A stretch of DNA of 64,000 nucleotides from Antedon mediterranea (taxonomy: Eukaryota; Animalia; Echinodermata), in the NCBI RefSeq assembly GCF_964355755.1, contig NC_092675.1, forward strand, positions 9,047,812 to 9,111,811, read 5' to 3'. Of the stretch, positions 1 through 13,051 are shown piece by piece. The notes below the pieces were generated by a model. That model did not search any database, was not told where the DNA came from, and worked only from the letters and a program-made list of their open reading frames with translations. Position numbers and translations under genes: made by a program. The stretch's first letter is position 1; each line of letters begins with the position of its first letter.

Positions 1-1105
1 AACCCCCCTGTGAAGGAATGACCCCCCTTTGTTTAAAGAAGTTCTGAATCGATATTCATCATTATTTTTTCATAATCGATCAGATCTCAACACTATGTCA
101 ATTATCAATACAAAACAAAATTGGTTTTAAATGCGATTATCACAGAAATTGGAGGGGGGGGGGGTTCGTTTTCATGGCCTATCTAAAATGTTCAACACCC
201 CTGTGAAAGAATGACCCCCCTTTGTTTAAAGAAGTTCTGAATCAATATTCATCATTATTTTTTCATAATCGATCAGTTCTCAACACTATGTCAATTATCA
301 ATACAAAATGAATTTGGTTTTACATCAGAATATCATAGAAATTGGAGGGGGGTTTGTTTTCATGGCCTATCTAAAATTTTCAACCCCCCTGTGAAGGAAT
401 GACCCCCTTTGTTTAAAGAAGTTCTGAATCGATATTCATCATTATTTTTTCATAATCGATCAGTTCTCAACACTATGTCAAATATCAATAAAACAACATT
501 TGGTTTTAAATCAGAATATCATAGAAATTGGAGGGGGGTTCGTTTTTATGGCCTATCTAAAATTTCCAACCCCCTGTGAAGGAATGACCCCCCTTTGTTT
601 AAAGAAGTTCTGAATCGATATTCATCATTATTTTTTCATAATCGATCAGTTCTCAACACTATGTCAATTATCAATACAAAATAAATTTGGTTTTACATCA
701 GAATATCATAGAAATTGGAGGGGGTTCGTTTTCATGGCCTATCTAAAATTTTCAACCCCCCTGTGAAGGAATGACCCCCTTTGTTTAGAGAAGTTCTGAA
801 TCGATATTCATCATTATTTTTTCATAATCGATCAGTTCTCAACACTATGTCAAATATCAATAAAACAAAATTTGGTTTTAAATCAGAATATCATAGAAAT
901 TGGAGGGGGGGGGGTTCGTTTTCGTGGCCTATCTAAAATTTCCAACCCCCCTGTGAAGGAATGACCCCCCTTTGTTTAAAGAAGTTCTGAATCGATATTC
1001 ATCATTATTTTTTCATAATCGATCAGTTCTCAACACTATGTCAATTATCAATACAAAAAAAAATGGTTTTAAATGCGATTATCACAGAAATTGGGTGGGG
1101 GTTCT
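1..1105. repeat. Tandem satellite, about 188-bp unit, about 6 copies (runs off the window start)
   Basis: The unit start AACCCCCCTGTGAAGGAATGACC (with minor variants) recurs at 1, 194, 382, 568, 754 and 944 (periods 186-193). Differences are mostly homopolymer length. Confidence 0.97.
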
Positions 1106-1544
1106 TTCCACAGCATATAACCAGATAGGCCTACTTCTTAAGGTTGATTAATGGCTAAAATATCTAATCCAAAATCTGTCATTCTTAAATTGTTTTATGA
1201 TGTTAAAGGTCGAGGGGTTGGTAGACTTCATTCTTTTGAAAATATTTTTTTTCTTTTAAATAAACAACTGGTCAATCAGCTAGTAATATTGCAGGTCACC
1301 GGTACTGTCAGTATACAGTTGTTAAATTTTATAATATTGAACATTTTAAACTACATCACATTACACAATCTAAAATGTTTGTTTAAAAAAAAACTTATCT
1401 AGGCTCACTTCTGCACATGCATTTTAATATGTAACATCTTGTATTTTTATGTATGCGTAGAGAATTGTTTAAAATAAACGAAACGAAATGTTCAACCCCC
1501 TGTGACGAAATTTAGGTTTACTATGTTAATAATATCTATCGAAT

Positions 1545-1886
1545 CTATCTGATTCGTCACTGTTCTCATCATCCGATTCTGTTGGAAGAATCTCCCTTTC
1601 ACACCAAAGGCCCCAGCAAATCGTTATCGCCAACGCACCATCCGTTATTGTCTTGGGGTTTCGGCAACTCGTAAATCGGCGTTAGTGCGAGCTTCCAGAT
1701 CATGACTTGATAGTTCGATCGTGCGTCGTATATGTTTTATGCAAGCATCTACGCGACGGTGGAAAGTTAGCTAAATCAATGTTTTTTAACACTGATTATC
1801 CGTCTTTTTCCTTGCATTTCCTGCGAAGAAAGTAAAATCTAAGTTCATCGGTACGTACCCGTTGCTTTCGATCGGGATCCATATAA
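1545..1886 (-). mobile_element. Inverted partial duplicate of the Academ-like fragment (pre-insertion empty site)
   Basis: Reverse complement matches about 2213-2368 joined directly to about 4060-4300, with a single copy of GTCGCGTAGATGCTT. Confidence 0.85.
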
Positions 1887-1934
1887 GACAGCGATGTTTT
1901 TTTTATGTTGTTACATTTTGTTTCGTCCATTATT

Positions 1935-4330
1935 AAGTCCTATTCGATACAGGCAGTGGCAGGAATCGACGAATAACCAATCTCACCAGTTTAGCCACTG
2001 AAATCACCCCAAGTCGATGTAATGCCATTCTAGGGCTGCATGCGTTCACAAAGTGCGGCACGACCAGCGCTTTCAAGGGAAAAGGAAAATTAAAGGCCAT
2101 TAAACTTGTCGAAAAATATCCAAAATTTGAAGAGGTTTTCAAGAAAGTAGGAGAAAGTTGGAAAGGAGAAGAAGAGTTAATGTTGGAACTGGAATAGTTC
2201 ACGTGCCTGTTATTATATGGATTCCGTTCGAAAGCAAGGAGTAGGCCTACCGATGAACTTAGATTTGACTTTTTTCGCAGGAAATGCAAGAAAAAAAACC
2301 GGAATAATCAGTGTTAAAAATACATTGATTTAAAAATTAGCTAACTTTCCACCGTCGCGTAGATGCTTTTTTTTCCTCTTTTGTGGCACAAACACCACTT
2401 TTATTCACATTCATGTTATCTCATATTACATAAAATCGTATTATTTAACTTGTAAATATCGTTACAGTTCATAAGTAACATTTTTACATATATGAATTCT
2501 GTATTACTCCTTTTTTTCATTAATGTTCTTATATTTTGTTATACACTTGACAGGATCATCATTATCATCTATCCCGTTTAAAAATAGTTCACACATTTTC
2601 ATTTGTTTGTTTTCATTTTACAACCCGGATTATACAATATATTTATATACATGATAAAAAAAAACAATAATAGCTCAGTACCACCAGTAACCCGTATCAC
2701 TGTAATTCTTTTTCGGTTGATCGTATCAAATTAGAAATTATATTATCATAATCTTATTTCTTAAAGCTACCCATTTTTCTATACTTGTTTCTTTATTGTT
2801 ATATGTTTCACATTCAACATTATATAACATATTGCTTTTAAATGAATTCCATAAAGATTTACCCACTGGCTTATTTAGTGCAGATAACATTTTTATTCTA
2901 TAAATAGTAAATGCTGCAAAAGTGTAAATATAATCTATTAGCTTATCTCCCGTTCCTATTATTAATTGTTTAAATGATAAATTATTGTGATTTAAACTTA
3001 CAAAGATACTAAGCATTTTCCTCCAATATTTCTGAATAAATCTACAACTAAAAAACAAATGATTTTCATTTTCAATTTCTCCACATTTGTCACACGTTTG
3101 TGTTTCCTTAACTTTCCACTGATACAGCCGTTTGTTGGTAGGCAGTATTCTATGTAACATCTTATAATTGAATTGTGCTAGTTTCTTATCTTTCATTTTA
3201 CATACTTTCCGTAACCAAGAAGTTTTCCAATCAATGTTGTTATCATTGAAGTACTCTTCCCATTTTAGTTGTGACATTGGAGTAATGAAATATTCTTTCA
3301 CAAACCATGAGTATATTAGTTTGGTAGTATTAATCTCATACTTGGTCCCAAACAAATCCATCATTATCATCACAATTGAAAATATCTACCTCCTTAATAA
3401 TACGTTTCCATTGAATTGGTATTGCCTTAATAATGCACAAATACTCATTTAACCAGTTTGTTTTACATTGTAGTTTCACCAGTATTTCGTTTGATGTTAA
3501 AAAAGTGTTCTTATTAACAATGTCTTTAATACTGATAATGCCACTGTCAATCCAATGCTTGTAGAAAAGCGATTTTTTTTTTAGTTTAACGTAGTGGTTT
3601 CCCCACAGTTGCTCATTCATTATATTATTATCGTTATAAGTTTCAGGTTTTTTTTTAGAGATTCTGTTATAATTTATGTAGGCTTTTATCATATTTTTGT
3701 AAAACAGTGGAATTTTATCAGAATTAACATCAATAATGTTATAACATGACATATTAAGTAAAACATTAACATCACATATTTTTTTAATATAATACATTGG
3801 AATATTTTTCTATTTAGCACCATCATCATTCATAATTCTTTTTAGCCAGCCACACATGAGTGCGTTAACATGAAGAGTAAAATCAGGCATTTTAATGCCT
3901 CCCATCTCAACATCACCAATAGAGTTTTTCTTTTTATCTTTTCCCTTTTATTGTTCCAAATAAAATTATATATTAGATTTGTAACATGTGTATATACATA
4001 TTTTGGAACATCAGTGATATTTGCAGCATATGTTAATTTAGATAGTCGCGTAGATGCTTGCATCAACATATACGACGCACGATGATCGAACTATCAAGTC
4101 AGGATCTGTGGAGGCTCGCACTAACACCGATTTTACGAGTTGCAGAAACCCCAAGACAATAACGGATGGTGCGTTGGCGATAACGATTTGCATGGGGCCT
4201 TTGTGGTGTGAAAGCGAGATTCTTCCAACAGAATTGAACGAGCGATTGCTGAGAACGACTCCTTTAACTCGGATGATGAGAACAGTGACGAATCAGATAG
4301 TGAGAGCGAAGAAGACAATTAATTACCGAA
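1935..4330 (+). mobile_element. Degenerate DNA-transposon coding fragment, Academ-like (XPG/H3TH-type domain), split by a LINE
   Basis: The + strand reads LFDTGSGRNRRI...NAILGLHAFTKCGTTSAFKGKGKLKAIK...LE*FTCLLYG, then ANFPPSRR across the insertion to CLHQHIRRT..NYQVRI. This matches the HAFTGCDTTSAFxGKGK and PPxxxxLxQHxxRxNYQ motifs I associate with AcademX proteins. Stops and frameshifts are present. Confidence 0.6.
2369..4044 (-). mobile_element. 5'-truncated L1/Tx1-clade non-LTR retrotransposon (ORF2 C-terminus)
   Basis: 15-bp TSD GTCGCGTAGATGCTT at 2354-2368 and 4045-4059; short poly(A) and AATAAA on the minus strand (2400-2405); frameshifted ORF pieces with IYNFIWNNKREKIKR, LWGNHY, FNYKMLHRILPTN and the CCHC finger CDKCGEIENENHLFFSC. 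Confidence 0.93.
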
Positions 4331-5299
4331 AACGTGACAAAAAATAGGCTTAAATCAATTTGTTTCTTTTCTTTTTTAATAGGGTGCTTAAAGCAGCGCT
4401 AAGTAAACATATTCATAATGATTTATCAGAAAAAAGTAACAATTATTTTATATTATTATATAATTATTATTATATCGTTACAGACCGCGTAAACAGCTTT
4501 TTCTAATTTCATACCGCCGGTACATCTACAATTCGCAAAATGTACATAGTAAGTAATAATGCCCTTGATTCGATTCCTTCCTTAAATTGTATTTCTGAAT
4601 GAATGAATATAACAACAAAAAGCTTGTGAAGTGCCAGTGTATCAATACTTATAGAGGGCGCTATTACATTGTATGGAAGGTCACTTCAGATGACATGCAA
4701 AAATCACAATTTCCCTTTGTTTTTCATATTTATTTGACTTATTTTTTATCAAAATGACTTGTTATATATGTGATACATAATAATACAATGTAATACAGAT
4801 AATTAATACCATATTCGTACATTTAAAATTCACTTTTTAATACGAACGCAAATATCGACAATGGCGTGACATTCACTTATGCCCCATGACGTCATTTTTC
4901 GATGAAAACAAACCACGACGAAAGGAAGCAAAAACTGCGTATACAAACTTCATTTTCTCTACAAATCCCAACTTTTACGCGACGCAACATCAATAAATGA
5001 TCTTTACATAATGTTTAGAACCTACGGTGAGAATCTCGTTGACTACTAACGTTATGCAGGTGAAGGTGATATTTTACTGGACTAACACATAAAGACTAGA
5101 GGGGGGGTTGAAAATTATGGGCGTATTTATGTTAATAAATAACCGATGACGTCATTTGATTGACACAAGGGGGGTTGAGAATTATGGGGAGGTTGGATTT
5201 CTTAGAACAACGACTGGAGCATTTTCTACTTCTCTACGGAGCGCCAATTATGCCTTTATTAACACCAAAAATAAAAATAGTTCTAACGGTAATTGGTCC

Positions 5300-5610
5300 A
5301 GTGGACCACACTTGGCACCAGTGAAGCGCAGTGATATAAAATAGAAATAATCACTTAAGTTTCAATATATTTCCGTATGTTAATACACTTAGCTCAAGTG
5401 GACCCAATTTGGCACCAGTGGAGCACAGTGATATTATAAAATAGAAATAAAGTCACTCAATTTTAATATGTTTTTTTATGTTCCACTGTGCTCAAGTGAA
5501 CCCAAATTGTCACCAGTGGAGCACAGTGATTTAAAATAGAAATAAAGGTCACTAAATTTTAATATCTTTTCATATTTTTCAATACACGGTGCTCAAGTGG
5601 ACCCAATTTG
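5300..5610. repeat. Tandem repeat, about 98-bp unit, about 3 copies
   Basis: AGTGGACCCAATTTGGCACCAGTGGAGCACAGTGAT-like unit near 5300, 5397, 5494 and 5596. Confidence 0.85.
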
Positions 5611-5815
5611 TATTCGGGTAGCAACGGAAATGTACTGGACTAAGCCTATTGGATTGTAAGGTGGTAGACCCATCCCATATTGCACTAATAACTAAATTTG
5701 CCACTGCTACCATTATATAAACAAATAACACAAGTAAGATGCAGTTTACTGTTCTCAAATATAGTTGTTTAGTATACTTGAGCGCAGTGATAAAGAATAT
5801 GGATAAACTTAACAA

Positions 5816-8075
5816 TCTATATATAAATTTAAGTAAGGGCAAAATTCGGTAAATCGCGCGTTATTTTTACTCGGTAGTATATAAAGTTGGTTCATACGTT
5901 CGGTACTGATTTTAACCACCTAACATAACCCTGTTTACTAATTAAGTTGAGTTAGATAACTAGTTATTGATGATTAAAACGAATTTAGGTTCAACGAACG
6001 TGGTATACACTGTCTAATGGATGTCGATGTTGAAAAATACCCGTACGAGGATGCTTCGCATTTAACTATCTCCTTCTACGATAATTGTTTTAATAGCTGA
6101 AAACCGGTCAAACAGCTCGAGTACAGCGTCATAATGTTGAAGACAAGCCGATTTCTTTTTAAAAAAAATACTATTTTGATTTGCTAATACGTTTATACAA
6201 AATAATTGCTTGGCAATGAATGGAACATTCCAAGTCTCAGCCTCCCATTAGTACTGCCATTATGGTATAACACAAGTAGGTAAATTTATGGGCCCTTAGA
6301 GGATAAACTTAAAACTTTTAGATAGTATTGTAATATACTGTAGTTATCTATACAATATATAAATTTTACGTAAGGCCAAAATACGGTAAATCGCGCGTTA
6401 TTTCTAGAATGTTTACTCGATGGTATATAAAGTTAGTTAGAATCTCGGTACTGATTTTAACCACCTGATGTAACCCTGTTTACTAATTAAATTGAGTTAG
6501 ATAATTAGTTATTGACGATTAAAACGAATTTGGGTTCAACGATTTGCCCCAAATAGGGATGTTTTCCGATCGTGGTATTCACTGTCTTATGGATGTCCTC
6601 ATGAAAAATACCTGCACACCATAATACGAGGATGCTTCACATTTTCCTATCTCCTCCTACGATAATTGTTTTTAATAGCTGAAAACCGGTTGAACAGTTC
6701 GAGTACAGTATCATAATGTTGAAGACAGGCCGATTTTCTTTAAAAAATACTATTTTGATAGATTTAATATACGTTTATACAAATGTATTGATTTGCGATG
6801 AATGGAACATTCCAATCTCTCAGACTCCCAGTTTGTAGGTAAATTTATGAGCCCTTGGTTTAACACAAGTAGGTAAATTTATGGGCCCTTGGAGAATAAA
6901 ACTTATATATAGTATTTCAATACTTTGACAATATGTGGTTACTGTTAGATATATAAACAAAATATACAAAGAACATTTATTACTGTGACTGTGGGTAGGT
7001 AGATTACTAACAGTTGCTTCTCAACGTTTTTGTATTAATTAATAATTATAAAAAATATAAACGTCGTAGTGGTGTATCGTTACATGTACTTTACTATTTC
7101 AATCGACTATAACAGTTTTAAAAAAGTATTATAAATCGTAAATGTTTTACTGTGTTTAGTAGTATATTATTGATAGGCCTATAAAACATTTAAAACAATA
7201 TTTCGTTACTGAGTGGATAGAGAATATATTTAAAAATTGTTCTTCCCATCCTCTTCCCCATCCTCAACTCTAATGTTAATATAAATTCCAGGGTGCTAAT
7301 TTTACGTAAATCATCGTGTCTATTTATTCGTTTCTGTAAACGACACTGTACTATAGTCCTTTTTTTTTACGCTGAAATTACTGTGTATTCGAGAACCATT
7401 TGTGGACACGACCTAGATGGTACGCGACCGAAGCGAGCGTACCATCCAGTAATTATAAGTAGTGTACGCTGTATATCAAATTTTGACCATTTTTGGTCCC
7501 CATTTGAAGCGCAAATTTCTTACTGTGAGTGCGGGTACTGTTAGAAATATAAACACATATACAAATAAACGTTATTACCGTCAGTTGCTTTTAAACGTTT
7601 GTATCTATTATTATATAAATTTACGTAAGGGCAAAAATCGGTAAATCGCGCGTTATTTCTAGAATGTTTACTCGATGGTATGTAAAGTTGGTTCGTACTT
7701 TCGGTACTGATTTTAACCACCTGATGTAACCCAGTTTACTAATTAAATTGAGTTAGATAATTACGGTAGTTATTGACGATTAAAACGAATTTAGGTTCAA
7801 CGATTTTCCCCAAATAGGGGTGTTTTCTATTCGTGGTATACACTGTTTAATGGATGTCCGTCTTGAAAAATACCCGCAGATAATAATACGAGGATGCTTC
7901 GCATTTTCCTATCTCCTCCTACGATAATTGTTTTTAATGGCTGAAAACCGGTTGAACAGCTCGAGTACAGCATCATAATGTTGAAGACAGGCCGATTTTC
8001 TTTAAAAAATACTATTTTGATAGATCTAATATACGTTTATACAAATTGCGATGAATGGAACATTCCAATCTCTGT
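5816..8075 (+). mobile_element. Cluster of non-autonomous Helitron copies (three 5' ends, one 3' end)
   Basis: 5' end TCTATATATAAATTT(A/T)..GTAAGG at 5816, about 6347 and about 7604; 3' hairpin GATGGTACGC..GCGTACCATC followed by CCAG (mutated CTAG) ending at 7449. Same family as 24983-26539. Confidence 0.8.
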
Positions 8076-8862
8076 TCCACAAGCGTCTATTCCCTCAGGC
8101 GTCGTAAAGGCAAGTACTGTATACTCATAACAGAAATTCGATCCATTTTTTTTTCAATCTGTGCTGCAGAGGTTGGATATAATTTTTGTTTAACGGATAA
8201 TGAGCTAGCGTTTTCACTCGCCGTGTATTATGTACACATCTTTATTATTGCATGAGTTAAACCACCCACAAGATCACCCTTCCCTCACCGGCATGAGTAG
8301 CGTTGTAAAACCAGTAGAGGATAGGCCTACGGAACATCACATACCCTAAACGCAGAACAACTTTGGTGGGTAGGGTAGGAACCAACTTAAGTATGAATTG
8401 GCTCTAAGAAACAATTGAAAACCATTAGGCCTACTAATTAAGTTGAGTTAGATAATTTAATATTTATTGACGATTAAATCGAATTTATGATTTTCCCCGA
8501 ATAGAGGTGGTTTTCACAAATTGTTTTACATTTTATAAACATATACACGTCGTGTGAGGTTCTTTCTTTAGATTTTGAAGAATGATTTGTGTTACAGGTT
8601 GACACATGAGTCAAATGCTCAAGATATCGGCTAACGCCATGAGACCATTGGCTTATCAATGAATAATAAATACAGTACTACTTTCGTTCAATTGAAATCG
8701 GAATCTGACCGTTTCATTAAATTGGGTGTGATTAGGCCTAAACATATAATAATTTATTAAAAAGGTACAATAAAAACAAATGCATCAGAGGCGTAAAGAA
8801 CCCACGGTCAATATCATGTAAAATGTATATGGTATAAGCACTGTGGAAGGGGTAATTATTAT

Positions 8863-9088
8863 TAAACTGGAAAATTCGGCTTATCAACAAATAAATACTT
8901 TCGTTTAAAATGTAAAATAAGACTGCAAAATTGGGCTTATCAAAAAATAAATACTTTCGTTCAAAATGTAAAATAAGACTGCACAGTTGGGCTTATCAAC
9001 AAATAAAATACTTTTTTTTTCAAAATGTAAAATTAAGACTGGAAAATTGGGCTTATAAACAAATAAATACTTTTTTTCAAAATGTAAG
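8863..9088. repeat. Minisatellite, about 58-bp unit, 4 copies
   Basis: Repeated ACTG.AAAATTGGGCTTATCAACAAATAAATACTTT..TTCAAAATGTAAAATAAG. Confidence 0.9.
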
Positions 9089-9112
9089 AAAACATTTTTT
9101 AAATATAATCCT

Positions 9113-9264
9113 TAAGCTCTGTCTATACTATCAAACTAAATATGATGTGCCCATATTATATAGACATGACGATGTCCACTATGATATTCGGGCATATCAC
9201 TACCATATTTGGGCACATCATACTTTTTTTGTTAAACTAGTTGGGACAGTGTAGACACAGAACT
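9113..9264. mobile_element. Short MITE, same family as 31245-31366
   Basis: AGCTCTGTCTATAC...GTGTAGACACAGAACT termini and shared internal GTGCCCAAATATGG-like sequence. Confidence 0.6.
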
Positions 9265-9899
9265 ATGTGATCGAAACATAAGTCGGAATTGGACTGACGC
9301 GATTGATTTAATTGGGTATTTTTATTAATGTAATGATTCATTAAAAACTATAATACCGATACGTGTTTGGTATTGATCAATGGTGCAAAAAACCCTGAGA
9401 AATAATGGTATAACGCGATTTGGTGATAGCTTAGTAGCAATAATACAACCCATATACTATTATTATAAATACCTATTACAAATCCATTCATATAACTTTT
9501 CATCGGAACCGAAAATGTATAAATGTTATTCTACAGACAGTAATTATATATTCAAAAGCCATATTATTATTATTATCAATACCTAAATGCGATAGTAATA
9601 ACCACATAAACATAAATTATTCCCAGTACAAGTTTGTGCGTTTAATTCTAGAAAGAAACGACTGTGCTGACAGGCCAATGACATAAATCACAAGTAAAGT
9701 CCCAATTGTTCACTTGCGTTTTGATTGGCCGACCTATTATATTAGATTAATGAAGACTGTCCAGTCAAAAAGTTACGCGGCGTTTTTTGTAAGAAATATT
9801 TCTTGTTATACTATTGCTTTTGAAATACAACAGCGCCACCTATTTTGTACTTTCGCCGCGAAAATGAATGTTATGACTGGTTTCGCGATGAAAGTACAT

Positions 9900-11380
9900 A
9901 TTTAGAAAGATATATATGTACTAATTTAGATCAAAAGGCATTTAAATTAGCTATTAGATCATTTATAGAGTTTTGATTAATTAATGAGAACATAATATCT
10001 ACAAGACATGGAATCGTTGGAAAAAATTTGATTATGATGAAGATGAGTTCCAGTTGCCTGTCGAAGTTTCTGCTGCCTTTCAGCCTAGCTAGTACAGGTC
10101 TCTTATATATTATTATATCAACAATTTTGATCGTGTTGTATATAGAGATATCCTTTGGAGAAGTATCGGCCTTCCGACTATTAACTATGCTTGTGCTGTA
10201 TGTGTTAATACAAATACTAAAGACATACAAAGGATTGAGTCTCTTCAATTACAAATGGCGCGAACAATTCTTAAAAGCGAGTAGAAGCACTGCAAAAGAG
10301 GCACTTTATGGCGATCTAGGTTGGCAACCAATTAAAGTAACTCAGGATATTTTTAAAGCAAAATATATAAGAAATGTTTTGTGTATGGAAATGTATTCGT
10401 TGGCCAAAACTTATATTAAATACAATTATTAGACATAAGAATTTTAATTCAAGGTACCAATTTATTAATGAATTTGAAAAAACTTGTGATTATATTAAGT
10501 TCGATTTCAATGCCATTCTTAATGATATATGTACAGGTACTGATATTGATATAACTGGGTCAAGCCATTTGAAAATACAATTAAACAATCGTATTCTACT
10601 TTTTGGAAACAAGAAGTAAGGCCTATTAAGAAAATCATCTTTGCTTGATTACTCTTTGATAAAAGATTCACCTGGCCTAGAACCTTACCTACTGGATAAA
10701 ACAGATTTTTATGGCTCAAGTTTAAAATTTAAACTTCATTCAAACATTTTACCACTTGGAAAAATTACAAAATAAGTGGAACATTGATAATCTAAATGAC
10801 AAGTGTAAGGTTTGTGGGTCAAGTGAAGATGTTAAACATTTCCTGTTTATTTGTAATAAGTTACATTGTATTAGAATGGAAGAATTACAAACACTTCAAC
10901 GTACACTTATTGCAATAAATTGTGTAGATACTTGGGTAAATTTTATTTCTGGTGACCTATCTATTAAGGTTCAATATGTCCTAGGAAGCACGTTATTCCA
11001 TAAAAATAACTCTCACGACATTTATGCTGTATTTGACAGTTATTGTAAAATGTACACAAGCCGTGCTTGGAAATTAAGAAATGCAATTGTATTACAACTT
11101 TGAACTGTTTTATTTTTTTTTAAAGTGTTTTCTTTTCCATTGCTGTTGCAAAATTAGTAGTTGTATTAGTGTAGTTTTAGTTTGTAAATAAGTTTTGTAA
11201 TAGCGTCGAGTCAGATTTTATGTCATTATCTCAAATATGTTTTATTTTCGTTTCAGTTTTTATTTTTCATTGTGTTTGTATTGAATTTTGTAATTGGTAT
11301 GGACGCACCATCTACGCATGTGTGCCACTGTTAAAAAAGTGTTGTTCCAAATAAATATTATTATTATTATTAGTATTATT
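9900..11380 (+). mobile_element. Degenerate non-LTR retrotransposon 3' half (CR1/L2-group-like)
   Basis: Frameshifted peptides LWRSIGLPTINYACAV, STAKEALYGDLGW and CKVCGSSEDVKHFLFIC; ends in AATAAA followed by (TAT)n. Confidence 0.8.
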
Positions 11381-11394
11381 ATATCGACCGCAGT

Positions 11395-12005
11395 CGACCA
11401 TCTTCATCAATCAGACATCAGCATAGCTAGATTTCCAAGTTTTGCGGTCCTCCACACAAGCAAGTTCAGATGTATTTCTTAGCTGGTATCCTCAAGAAGG
11501 ACCAGGACGTATGTTTTGTTTCGTGCACCTGGTGATCCATGTTTGGGTTCCCCCACAGCAGAAATCTGCTTGCTGCTTCTTCTGTGTGACGATAAAAATG
11601 GCCGGCAGCACCCAATCTGCGGTGTCTTATTTTAAAGGTGACTTTTGGAATGTTACCATACAGCTCCGAGTTTGGTACTTTGTCCATCCAACTGATATTT
11701 AGTGCAGCTCTGAGTAATCTGGTGTAGCATCCGTTCAGACTTCTTTCCAATTGTTTTGTCAATGTCCATGTTTCTGAACCATAAAGAAGTACTGGTTCGG
11801 CCAGTGTTTGGAAGACGTTGACTTTGGGCTGTCTAGGTAAGTCAGATCTTTTGCAGTTTATTAATGGATTTTCAAGCAAGTCCCTTTCTGACATGAATAT
11901 CCTGGCTTGTCAATGCAATCCATGCACCGAGATATTTAAAAGTCATGGACTTGTTAAAGTTTACTGCCATTCAGGGTGGATACTGGCACATCAGATGACT
12001 GGTTA
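11395..12005 (-). mobile_element. RTE-clade LINE 3' fragment, tail-to-tail with the previous element
   Basis: KVNVFQTLAEPVLLYGSETWTLTK...YTRLLRAALNISW...IRHRRL..AGH, typical of the RTE ORF C-terminus. Confidence 0.88.
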
Positions 12006-13051
12006 AAACTAATATACTGGCCTCTTAGTATTAGGATAGGAGGCGTTTTAGCCTTGCTTATGCCTAGGATTGTTTGGTCGTTTGTTGACATAATTAACAC
12101 CACATGTGTGTTTATAAAATCCATATAAATATAATATTTAATTTATTATTAAAAACCAAATGTTACTGTTTTAATCAATGTGAATCAAATGTAGGGCTTA
12201 GGCTAGGCCTACCTTTTATTTGATTCAAATGACAGGAATCTATTTAGATGTTATATAAAACAAATAATGAATGTTTTATATTCGTGTAATTGTACAAATA
12301 ATGGCATTTGGTGAATGATGAAAGGTTATCATCATTCACCTCATGCCAATATTTGTACCATTACACTTATAAACATTCATTATGGGTATACTATTTGTAG
12401 ACGAATATCGTATCGTATCGATGTTGATGGGTAGGCCTATATTGATATAAATCGACCTTTTTTTTCAAGTGGAATAACACTAAATATTCTTAGATGAATA
12501 TGGCGTCAACCCGTATTATATTAAGTGGTACTGTATTTTGATGGACTTGGTTACAAGCCTGTAATGATAATTCCAATGAAATCTGGCTACAAGAGTCTGT
12601 TTTTGATCCTAATAGTATTCTTCTAATAATCTTCTGGTTTGTGAAGGAGGCATGCAGAATCCAAACGCGTAACAGCCAGGGGAGCATAAATCAAAATATA
12701 AAGTTAACACATTTTCTATATAAATAATTTAAGTATGGAAGAATTAATAATACTACACATGGTATCTTTATGCATAATCTGACAATAGCTGAAGTAGGCC
12801 TAAATTATTTATTAATGAATCCGTAACTTTATTTTCTGTTAACATTATTGTGTTACCTCAATGTGAAAATAGATAACAAGAAAATAACACTTCAAATAAG
12901 CGATAACAGTAAGAAACATTAATCTTCGAAAGTTCAATGTGTTATCTAAATCCACTGTTTACTCACCTCACTATAGAACAACGTTCAAAGTACACAGCGT
13001 AAACATATAACTACGCGTCTGTCTGTGGTCTATACAGTTGGTATTCAGTTA

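Noticed and set aside
1-1105. Possible CRISPR array
   Set aside because: Whole units are near-identical with no unique spacers, there are no cas genes and the DNA is eukaryotic.
12490-12687. Small minus-strand ORF, with a counterpart at 16540-16770
   Set aside because: The similarity comes from the segmental duplication; the frame is not conserved between copies.
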